20,000 bases of DNA, taken from NCBI RefSeq assembly GCF_004010195.1, contig NC_057751.1:14788481-14808480 (forward strand). Reading direction: 5' to 3'. Below, in pieces: positions 11,199-20,000 of this stretch. Origin of the DNA: Chiloscyllium plagiosum. Its lineage: Eukaryota. The translations under genes were made by a program, and so were the position numbers. Each line of letters starts with the position of its first letter. Position 1 is the first letter of the stretch. Below the pieces are notes generated by a model. The model was not told the origin of the DNA. It ran no database searches and worked only from the letters and a program-made list of their open reading frames with translations.

Positions 11199-12203
11199 AT
11201 GCCAGTCGACATTGCCACCCGCCTGTGCCTAGGCCACTCTCCACCACCGCTGGGCACTATCCCATCTCCATGTGTGGAGGGTCGGAGGGGAGTCAGGCTG
11301 CGTTGCCTGGGTGCGGGCCCACTGCGGCCATGCCTGAACGGGAGGACGAGTGGCCGGAGCTCGGATACCAGCAGCAGCAAGGAGGAGAAGAAAAAGAAGG
11401 TGGTGTTTGCCGACACCAGGGGGTTCTCGCTGACTGCCGTGCGCCTCTTCTCCGAGATGGAGGATGAGCTGTCGGAGCTCCAGTTCGAGCTGTCTGATCT
11501 GGCAGCGCCACGGCCTACCGAGGGGGTGAGCCTGGGGCAGAAGCCAACTCCAGGCCTCGGCTTGTGCCTGGGGCTGGGCCTGCAGCCGGGCCTCGGCTTA
11601 CACCCGGGCCTGGAGCCAAGCCCGGGCCTAGGCCTCAGGCCGGACTTTACCCAGCCCTCGGCCGACCTCGCTGCCTTCCATCAGCGCCTGCAGCGGGACT
11701 CGGTCTGCCTGGAGAGCTGCACGGTCCAGGGGGACCACATCCGGGGGACGGTGCAGGTCCGGAACCTGGCCTACGAGAAGCGGGTGGCGGTGCGGGTCAC
11801 CTTCGACGCCTGGCAGAGCTTCCGCGACATACCGTGTGACTACGTGCGGCCCGAGGAGAGGGAGACGGCGACAGGAGGACGAGGAGTCGGGGGAGATGCC
11901 TTCTCGTTCCGGGTGGAACTGCCTGAACGAACCAAGCCCCTGGCCTTGGTGGAGTTGTGCCTCTCCTTCCAGTGCGGCTCCCTCACCTTCTGGGACAACA
12001 ACCAGGGTCGGAATTACCGGTTCAGCTCTCTGGGCCGCGTCGCCGGGGGCGATACCAGCCGAGAGGACCGTCCGTCCCCATATGACGACCGGGGCAAGAC
12101 TCTGGAAGGGGATCTTGAACAATTTGGAAGCCCGCGCTCGGTCAACGCCATCTTCTCCCAGTGGCAGAGCTGGGGCTGGTTGGATGCTGACTGCTGTTGG
12201 TAA
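11199..12203 (+). CDS. PPP1R3C: Protein phosphatase 1 glycogen-targeting regulatory subunit, PPP1R3C (PTG)-like, 334 aa, single coding exon
   Basis: The N-terminus MPVDIATRLCLGHSPP matches PPP1R3C MPVDVAMRLCLAHSPP. It has the PP1-docking RVxF-type motif KKVVFADTRG and DFTQPSAD, CBM21 motifs GTVQVRNLAYEKRVAVRVTF and WDNNQGRNY, and a C-terminal FGSPR...FSQWQSWG as in PPP1R3C. The ORF is intact and GC3-rich, preceded by splice acceptor CAG|CCATG. Exact orthology is uncertain. Confidence 0.9.
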   Translation: MPVDIATRLCLGHSPPPLGTIPSPCVEGRRGVRLRCLGAGPLRPCLNGRTSGRSSDTSSSKEEKKKKVVFADTRGFSLTAVRLFSEMEDELSELQFELSDLAAPRPTEGVSLGQKPTPGLGLCLGLGLQPGLGLHPGLEPSPGLGLRPDFTQPSADLAAFHQRLQRDSVCLESCTVQGDHIRGTVQVRNLAYEKRVAVRVTFDAWQSFRDIPCDYVRPEERETATGGRGVGGDAFSFRVELPERTKPLALVELCLSFQCGSLTFWDNNQGRNYRFSSLGRVAGGDTSREDRPSPYDDRGKTLEGDLEQFGSPRSVNAIFSQWQSWGWLDADCCW

Positions 12204-14414
12204 ATAGTCCTGCCCCTCGCTCTCGATAGCTCGTCCATTCATCCGTTCACTCTGCTTTGGGCCATTCACCGTTGGTTTGGGCTGCACTTCCTTCTCTCCC
12301 TCCCCCACCCCCCAGGGGTTTTAAGGTGGTTGGAACACGATGTGATTGTAAAGCCACGTACACAATGGGTGCTCCTCTAGCCGTTGTATCAGGACAGCAG
12401 GCCCGATCTGCTGAGCCCCCTGTTATATTCCCCAGCCCCTCCACCTACCGTTCCGCTCTGCCACACGGTGACTGGGGGAGCGAAGGCTAGTTGTTCACGG
12501 TAAGGAGCAGATGAGGAGTGTCCCCCCCACCCCCAGCTAAGTCAAGCGAGGTCTCATTTGGAAAACGCCCCAATCCCAGGCTGCCCCTCCCTCCCTTCGC
12601 TTCTCGATGCTGCGGCGGGCAGTCCCCGACTGTTTCCAAAAGTGAGCGCAGGATTGCTCGCCTTCGAGTGCGCGTCGCTCCCTCCTGAGAGGAACGCGAC
12701 GGCGGGGACCTGGGTTCTGAGGCTGGGTCGCCCCGCTGGTGGCGAGTGAGCAGAGCTTCGGGATTTTTGGACGACGCCCCCCCCTCCCCCCTCCACCCCC
12801 CCGTTTCCCTCAGTTGAGGTGTCAGGCCGGCCCTGACGCGCTACACTTTCTGTGTTGTCGCAGCTTGGGCTGGTCTGGATACTGCTGTCCCTGTACCTGT
12901 TGGGGGGGGGGGGGGGGGAAACAAAAAAAAAACATGACCATTCCCTTCCCTTTCCCTGACACAAACACACATGCGCACAGCCCCTCCCGGAGTTGTGTTA
13001 AAAATGAAATTATTGGAGCCAGATTCCACTCTCGAGCTGACAGCAGTTGTCAAAACCTGCCCCTATTCCTCGACACTTCCTCACTTCAGGTAATGGAGGG
13101 AGGCACACTTTTGACGCCAGTCCCAGGGACGTTGTGTGATGCTTGTCCAGAATCCTGGAACTCTGGGGGAGAGAGAGAAAGGGGGCACCGTAGCAGTCCT
13201 GAGTCCTCCTCACTTTTTTTTTTTTTTGGCTCGCTTTTGATGACACTCTGATGGCCACTTTAGCCTCCACTGCTGTTTTCACACACACGCCCTCGACCTG
13301 GACCTTTTTACGCGGAGTTTTGATTTCCCCAGCCAGACACTTTAGACCGTGAATGTGTTTGGATAAGATTTTGCCCTTGGATTCCAAAGAAGACTGTGTG
13401 AGTGAAACGTGCCGGTGGGTGCACGGTGAGGTCACGATTTTAGGACTGAGTTACCAGAGCGACAGATGAGTTTGTTCGGGGCCATTTATGTTCGTGGGGA
13501 GGGTTGCTCTTTGAAACTCAACTGGCCGTCTCCAGGAAGCTGTTAATTTGTCAGCACGCTCACCCCGGACTGGAACTGATCTCTGAGCAACTTCTTCATA
13601 TTGAAGAATCTTTCACGGGAGAGGAGGGCACTCACTAAAGATGGCCGCCCAGGCCTTGGCTGTTGGTCGCCTCGCTCGCCATCCTTGGACTTCACATCTG
13701 CCCCCCTGGGCCGGAGCTGCCACTGTGGGCTGCGATGTCCTGCCCATCGACCAGGTTGAAACCATCGGCAGGTGGCCACCGGGAGGCCGTGCTGCGAGAT
13801 GGCCTTTGCCTTGAGAGGATTGGAAGAGCGCGAGGGGCCGAAGTCCCAAGCTGGGGGGAGTTCAGGAACGCTCGGTCGGGATTCCGTTCTCCCCACGGCA
13901 TTCCCGTTGTCCGACTTGCTCCGTTTTTCGAGACGATGGGCCCGGTAAATAATTGCGCCTGAAACGGGCTTTTGTCACCATTGACTGCAGCGCCAACACA
14001 TGAGGTCCGATGGAGAGGGGTGTTGAACACGTCCTGGGCCCTTTCTCGCTGGTGTCCCCTGACAGTAAGCTCCGTCCCTGGACCTGGGAGGCTGAGGGGG
14101 GTCTGCACTCAGGCGTTGAGGGGGACTGGGAGCCACCCTTGTCATCTTTTAAAAGTAGAATTTATGGAATCCCCAGGGCTTCCTGTTGGAGCTGGTGACT
14201 TGACCAGAGGTGTGTTGACACAGATTTTACTGGAAAAGGAATTTTCTGTGTGGGCTTTCGGAGTCTCCTGCCCTCACGGTCAGCAGCTTGTGAGGGGAGA
14301 TTTGAATAGGCCTTGGTCCATCCACCCATACTTGTGCTTGTGTGCTCTGGAGTGTCTGTGACCGTTAACGTTTGACCTAGATGTGCTATTTTGTATACAT
14401 ATGTTTAAAATATA

Positions 14415-14420
14415 AATAAA
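14415..14420 (+). terminator. Probable polyadenylation signal of the PPP1R3C-like gene (3' UTR about 12204-14440)
   Basis: AATAAA in an AT-rich patch. It is the first one I see after the stop, at the end of ~2.2 kb without recognisable TEs and just before the TE field resumes. Confidence 0.65.
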
Positions 14421-14475
14421 GTTGATATGAATTTAAATTGACACCTCATTTCCGGGGCTTTCATTTCCTAAAGTT

Positions 14476-15126
14476 AGTCACAGAGAATGGGAAACAGCCC
14501 CTTCGGTCCAAACGAAACCAGTCCCACCTGCCTACGTTTAAGCCATGTCCCTCCACACGTTTCTTATTGGTGAAGTTATCCGAATGTCGTTTAAACACTG
14601 TCACTGTACCTGTATCCGCCACCTCCTCTAAGTTTATTCCACACGTGAACCACTCTATGTTTACAAAATAAAAGTGTCCCACATATCTGTTCTTGTGAAA
14701 TCTCTCTCTCCTCTCACCTTAAAAAAAAAGTGCCCCTCGTCTTTAGATCCCCACCCTAGGGCAAAAGACACTTGCTACTTACCTTATCTATGGCCCTCAT
14801 GATTTTATCAACCTCTCTCAGGTCACTTCTCAACTTCCTGCACTCCAGTGCAAAAACGTCCCAGCTTCTGATTATGATTTGAAGCCTCCATCCCTGGCAA
14901 CATGTTGGGAAATCTCTTCCGAACCCTCCCTCGCTTAATATCCTTCCAATAACAGGGCGACCAGAACTGGACAGTCCGGAAGAGGCCTCGCCAATATCCT
15001 GTACAACCTCAACAGTGACGTCCCAACTCTTATACTCTAAGGTCTGAGCAATGAAGGCAAGCCCGCTAAACCTTTCTTCACCTCCCTGTCGATATGTGAT
15101 GCAAAGTTCAAAGAATTATCCACCTG
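14476..15126 (-). mobile_element. CR1-type LINE 3' part (reverse)
   Basis: Minus strand reads ...NLEEVADTGTVTVFKRHSDNFTNKKRVEGHGLNVGRWD and ends in a tail GGACCGAAGGGGCTGTTTCCC, homologous to 2368-2620. Further upstream ORF2 remnants are degraded. Confidence 0.8.
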
Positions 15127-15348
15127 ACCAGTTGTTTGCAGGGTCATGGATTGAAGAACAACGCATCATGTTTTCATATTGATGTTAAGAATTTATTGTT
15201 TGAGGGATTTTCTTGGTAAAAATGAGGGGGATTGAAAGGAGTGGTCAAGCGGATGTGTGAGAGAGAAATTGTACTGAATTTGATTGTAAAAGGATCGATC
15301 CTTTATTTAAGTGGAACAAGTGCTGGCAAAAGGGAGCGGATTAATTAT

Positions 15349-15678
15349 GGGCGGCACGGTGGCACAGTGGTTAGCACTGCTGCCTCGCAGCGCCAGAGAC
15401 CCGGGTTCAATTCCCGACTCAGGCGACTGACTGTGTGGAGTTTGCACGTTCTCCCCGTGTCTGCGTGGGTTTCCTCCGGGTGCTCCGGTTTCCTCCCACA
15501 GTCCAAAGATGTGCAGGTCAGGTGAATTGGCCATGCTAAATTGCCCGTAGTATTAGGTAAAAGGGGTAAATGTAGGGGAATGGGTGGGTTGCGCTTCGGC
15601 GGGTCGGTGTGGACTTGTTGGGCCGAAGGGCCTGTTTCCACACTGTAAGTAATCTAATCTAATCTAATCTAATCTAAT
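15349..15678 (+). mobile_element. Full-length, young-looking HE1-like V-SINE with (TAATC)n tail
   Basis: Pol III A box TGGCACAGTGG, B box GGTTCAATTCC, intact V-domain, LINE-derived tail GGGCCGAAGGGCCTGTTTCCACACTGT and five or more TAATC units. ATTAATT occurs on both sides as a possible target-site duplication. Confidence 0.93.
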
Positions 15679-16252
15679 TAATTTGGGATTATTAGTCAGA
15701 GTGGATGGGTATCTGTTATTCTCTATATAAACCACCCTGAACTCATCGATTAGATTCCAGTCTGTAACTCATGACCAGCTATCTGTTAAACGATATGTAA
15801 CCCAGACCGAAACCTCTTGATGAGATTCCATTGTGTAACTCATTCCTGATGTCTGGTCTTTCCACAGCAGATGAGACCAGAATTGGAAAAACCCAGGGAT
15901 GTAGGGCTGGTGGAGGTAACTGAGATAGGGAGAGGCAAGGCTGTACGGTACGTTTGATTGAGAATTTTCAAACAGGGGCACTCAGAACATCTGTGGCTCA
16001 GCGAGAAGCGGAGTGGGGTTAGGTGTGTGATGGGTCAGGGGCAAAGACAGGGTTCTTGTCCCAGTGAGTTACTGCTGGCCTGGATGGTTCCCGGCATGGT
16101 GGGCTGCCGTCAGTCTGAGAGAAGCCAAACAGCCAAAGCAGGCCATTCGGCCTCATTCAGCGAGGCCGTGGCTGACCCAATCCACAAACTGGCACAGTCA
16201 GAGAGAGGCCATTTGGCCCATTGTGCACTGCTTGTTAGATTAGATTAGATTC

Positions 16253-17150
16253 CCTGACGTCGGTGGTGGGAAGGTTGCTGGAGAGGGTACTGAGGGATAG
16301 GATCTATTTATATTTGGAAAAGGACAGGCTTATCAGTGATTGGCAACATGGTTTTGTGCAGGGGAGATCGTGCCTTACCAAGTTAATAGAGTTCTTCGAG
16401 GAAGATACCAAGTTGTTAGATGAAGGAAGGACTGTTGATGTCATATATATGGACTTTTGTAAGGCGTTTGATAAGGGTCCCCATTGTAGACTAATGGAGA
16501 AAGTGGAGTCACATGGTGTGCAGGGTGTTCTAGCGAGGGGGATAAAGAACTGATTGAGCAACAGGAGACAGAGAGAGTAGTCATTGAAGGGAGTTTCTCA
16601 AAATGGAGAAAGGTGACCAGTGGTGTTCCACAGGGGTCAGTGTTGGGGCCACTGTTGTTTGTAATGTACATAAATGATCTGGAAGAGGGCACTGTTGGTA
16701 TGATCAGCAAGTTTGCAGATGACCCGAAGATTGGTGGAGTAGCAGAAAGCATAAGGGACTGTCAGAGAATACAGGAGGATATAGATAGACTGGAGAGTTG
16801 GGCAGAAAAGTGGCAGATGGCTTTCAATCCTGACAAATGTGAGGTGATGCATTTAGGCAAGTCTAATTCTAGAGCGAATTATACAATGAATGGAAGAGCC
16901 TTGGGAAAAGTTGATGGGCAGAGAGACCTGGGAGAGCAGGTCCATTGTACGCTGAAGCTTGCTGCACAGGTGGTTAGAGTGGTCAAGAAGGCATATGGTA
17001 TGCTTGCTTTCATTGGACGAGGTATTGAGTATAAGAGCTGGCAAGTCATGTTCAAATTATATAAGACATTGGTTTGGCAGCATTTGGATCGGCTCAGGCT
17101 TGGAGGCCAAAGGGCCTGGCCCTGGGCTCTAAATTTTCTTTGTTCTTTGT
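16253..17150 (+). mobile_element. CR1 LINE reverse-transcriptase fragment with fused 3' tail (non-functional)
   Basis: QHGFVQGRSCLTKLIEFFEE, VDVIYMDFCKAFDK, SGVPQGSVLGPLLFVMYINDL, catalytic FADD and WQMAFNPDKCEVMH. There is a premature TGA at 16551-16553 and a frameshift in a GA run. After LYKTLVWQHL it jumps to the 3' UTR and a TTCTTTG tail. Confidence 0.95.
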
Positions 17151-17272
17151 AGTGTGGAAACAGGCCCTTTGGTCCAACCAGTCCACACTGACCCTCCGAA
17201 GAGTAACCCACCCAGACCCATTTCCCTCTGACTAATGCACCTAACACAATGGGCAATTTAACATGGCCAATC
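17151..17272 (-). mobile_element. 3' half of an HE1-like SINE (reverse); its tail lies at 16235-16255
   Basis: AGTGTGGAAACAGGCCC...ACACAATGGGCAATTTAACATGGCCAAT is the reverse complement of the SINE 3' half. Confidence 0.85.
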
Positions 17273-17519
17273 CTCCTGTTACCAGAGCCCGCCAGTTAGT
17301 CCCATTGCCTTCCTCTTTCACTTTTTTTATGCACTTATCCAAGTCTGAGTTCCTGCACTGAATGTCGGAACTGGCCGTGGCGAGATTCGAACTTGTGATC
17401 TCTGAGGAGCGAGTCCAATGTTTGTGCCCGTTGGGATACCCATTGGTAGTTCGGTGAGCAGACGCCTGAGCGCTGACTAACGTACATGCTTTTCAAGGTG
17501 ACCACCAGATCGATAGTGA

Positions 17520-18330
17520 AGGGAATGAGCAAACTCTGGCTGACGGAGGACTGTGTGGGGAAAATGTGAAGCCCCTCATCTCTGCAGGTCGAGTCATAAA
17601 AGAGCATCATTTACACCAAGAACGACTGTGGAATTCTGAGGCACAGAGGGATCTGGGTGCTCTGGTGCGAGTCACAACAATGAACATGGCGTAATCAAGA
17701 AGGTGAATGGGACGGTATCTGTCGTTACAAGAGGAATTGAATTTTAAAATAAGGACAGTATGCTTCAGTCGTATACAGCATTTGTGAGACCACATAGAAC
17801 ATCACAGCGCAGTGTGGGCCCTTCGGCCCTTGATGTTGCGCCGCCCTGCGAAACCCATCTAGCCTACACTGTTCCATTCCTGTCCATATGCCTATCCAAT
17901 GACCATTTTAATGCCCCTAAAGTTGTCGAGTCTACAACTGTCACAGGCAATGCGTTCCACACTCCTACTACCCTCTGGGTAAAAAAACCTACCTCTGACA
18001 TCTGTCCGATATCTATTACCCCCTCAACATCTAAAATACTGTGTCCACCTTTGGTCTCCTTTCTCTCAGGAATGATCTAAGTACATCAGAGGCTGTTCAG
18101 AGAAAGGTTACTTGATTGAGGGCTTGAATTAGCAGGTTGTGTGTCATGAAGGAAGGTTGGAACAGTCTGGCACAGCTTCCATCATTAGAATGGCGATTTG
18201 ACTGACAATTTGGAAATTGATAAGGTAGATGTCAAAAGGATTGCTCCCCCTCGTGGGTGAGAGCAGAACTGGAAGATCAGGTTTTAAAATTTGAAATCGC
18301 ACTTTCAGGATGAAGAGGAAGGGATTTTTT
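17520..18330 (+). mobile_element. Highly degraded CR1 fragment containing a reverse-oriented LINE 3' end (about 17793-18040)
   Basis: Remnants AAATGTGAAG..CAT, CAGAGGGATCTGGGTG, MLQSYTAFVRPH and GCTGTTCAGAGAAAGGTTAC. The insert starts ACATAGAACA...GGCCCTTCGGCCC and contains GGCAATGCGTTCCACACTCCTACTACCCTCTGGGTAAAAAA (reverse of FFTQRVV..WN.LP). Confidence 0.65.
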
Positions 18331-18333
18331 TTT

Positions 18334-18662
18334 AGATTAGATTACATTACAGTGAGGAAACAGGCCCTAGATTAGATTACATTACAGTGAGGAAACAGGC
18401 CCTTCGGCCCAACAAGTCCACACCGCCCCGCTGAAGCGCAACCTACCCATACCCCTACATTTACCCCTTACCTAACACTGCGGGCAATTTAGCACGGCCA
18501 ATTCACCTGACCTGCACATCTTTGGACTGTGGGAGGAAACCGGAGCACCCGGAGGAAACCCACGCAGACACAGGGAGAACGTGCAAACTCCACACAGTCA
18601 GTCGCCTGAGGTGGGAATTGAACCCGGGTCTCTGGCGTTGTGAGGCAGCAGTGCTAACCACT
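18334..18662 (-). mobile_element. HE1-like V-SINE (reverse), closely similar to 15349-15678, with a duplicated tail
   Basis: High identity by eye to the reverse complement of 15349-15678. Both give the same spurious ORF, DCGRKPEHPEETHADTGRTCKLHTVSRL. Confidence 0.93.
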
Positions 18663-19092
18663 GGACCGAATCAAATTTATTGTAACGTGTACCGAGACAC
18701 AGTGAAAAGCTTTGCCTTGTGAGCAATACAGGCCGATCACAGAGTTAAGTAGCATAGATAAGTAAATGATAGGTACACAGGGACAGGGGAATGTTAAGAG
18801 TTTGAGAGTCCATTCACTATTCTAACTTCAGTCAGGTAGAAAATGTTGTGAAACGGGCTGGTGTGTGTGTGTGTGTGTTCAAGCTTCTATACCTTCTCCA
18901 CAATGGAAGAGGCTGTAGAAAAACATTGCCAGGGTAGGAATGTTTTTAAGAATGGTGGCAGCTTTGCTTTGACAGTGGGCCTTTTTCCCTGTGAGGGTCC
19001 TGTGACTTTCGGACGACTTGCCTCAAAAGATATGAAGGCAGGATCACTGAATATCTTTTAAGGGAAAGGTTCTTATTCATTAAATCTCTGCA

Positions 19093-19232
19093 GCGTGGAA
19101 GCAGGCTGTTCGGCCCATCGAGTTCAAACCCATCTTCTGAAGAGCAGCCCACCCAGACCCAATCCTTGTAACCCTGCATTTCCCATGGTTCACGCACCGA
19201 GCCAGCATTTCAGCATGGCCAACACACCTAAC
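19093..19232 (-). mobile_element. Partial SINE 3' half (reverse)
   Basis: CGTGGAAGCAGGCTGTTCGGCCC...CCCACCCAGACCC...CATTTCAGCATGGCCAACACACCTAAC resembles the reversed SINE 3' half. Confidence 0.6.
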
Positions 19233-19282
19233 AGTGTTTGGCTAGGAAATATTTCGGGGTTGGTGGAAAAACCGTGGAGTTC

Positions 19283-19362
19283 AGAACACAAGTTTAGGCT
19301 ATCTGGCATGGATGAGTTGGACCAAAGGCTCTGCTTCTGTGCTGTACATCTCTATGACTCTG
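19283..19362 (+). mobile_element. CR1-type LINE 3' tail fragment
   Basis: GGCATGGATGAGTTGGACCAAAGGCTCTGCTTCTGTGCTGTACATCTCTATGACTCT is homologous to 2560-2620. Confidence 0.7.
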
Positions 19363-19399
19363 TGACAAGCACCTTTGGTCGGATAGCAGAACGGGATTG

Positions 19400-20000
19400 A
19401 GGGGCCGAACGGCCGACCCAAATTCCCTTATTAGGGCGTATACGGATCAACTGCCAACTTTAAATCTCAGTCCGGTGGGCTCTCGACCGTGAAAATGTTG
19501 CAGCGCAGATCCTGCAGAAGCTGTTGGGACAGCAGCAGAGGGAGCCGATGGGCTGAGTGGCCGGGAAAGACCACCTGCAGTACTCCTGGCGGCCGCTGGA
19601 GGAGTTGGGGGTTGGTTGGTGGGGGGGCGGGGCGTGCGCCCGGGCATGCGCAGTCCTCCGCTGGCGGCACGTGTCTCCCATTGGCCGCCCCCCTACCCCC
19701 GACCTTGCGCAGGCGCGTTGCTCGCGGGTTGGCGGCGGGTGACGCGTGCGCAGTGAGGGCCGGCGCCGAGGTGGAGGGGACAGGGAGAGAGACAGAGACA
19801 GAGACAGGGCCCGGAGCATAGACACACACAGAGAGAGAGACCGGGGAGGCAGGGGGGCACGGGGCACCGGGAACCGACCACCGACAGGCTGGGGAACAGA
19901 AACACCCCGGGGCGGTAACACACAGCCCACACTGTCCTCCCCAATGGAGCAGTGACTGGACACCGAGGATTCAACTGTGGGCAGGCCTCAGGGGGAGGGG
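19400..20000. promoter_or_regulatory. CpG-island promoter of an unidentified gene
   Basis: Sharp rise in GC and CpG. GC box GGGGCGGGGC (19624-19633), NRF1-like GCATGCGCA (19644-19652), TGCGCAGGCGCG (19706-19717) and CGCGTGCGCA (19743-19752), E-box CACGTG (19668-19673) and reverse CCAAT (19680-19684). Confidence 0.75.

Noticed and set aside
2019..12203. LGI3-PPP1R3C fusion protein by splicing 2227 to 11197
   Set aside because: The phase-2 donor joined to this acceptor enters the 11174-11467 frame (HASRHCHPP...) and stops early, so it is out of frame with the PPP1R3C-like CDS.
11628..12308. 226-aa antisense ORF and other overlapping ORFs
   Set aside because: Expected shadows of a GC-rich CDS, with no recognisable motifs.
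12554..14361. Several 60-170 aa ORFs after the PPP1R3C-like stop
   Set aside because: Low-complexity, mostly non-ATG starts and no homology recognised; consistent with a GC-rich 3' UTR.
15349..15425. tRNA gene
   Set aside because: The A and B boxes belong to a SINE head that continues into the V-domain and LINE tail.
16263..17152. Functional reverse transcriptase gene
   Set aside because: 5'-truncated, with an in-frame stop, a frameshift and an internal deletion.

Overview
Vertebrate genomic DNA, very likely from a cartilaginous fish (shark). The basis is its V-domain tRNA-SINEs of HE1 type and CR1/HER1-type LINEs with similar 3' tails. The window holds the first coding exon of an LGI-family gene, most like LGI3 (2019-2227, +). 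Downstream lie a candidate solo LTR and a ~3.7 kb 47-bp minisatellite that has higher-order structure and one inverted head unit, followed by a 500-N assembly gap. After the gap come a complete single-coding-exon PPP1R3C-like glycogen-targeting PP1 subunit (11199-12203, +) with a probable ~2.2 kb 3' UTR, a dense field of partly nested SINE/LINE fragments, and a CpG-island promoter at the right end. Most ORFs in the track are spurious or repeat-derived. There is no CRISPR or prokaryotic system, and I cannot support a wholly new biological system. The best leads are the divergent PPP1R3C paralogue, its apparent position after an orphan LGI3 exon, and the fold-back-headed satellite.
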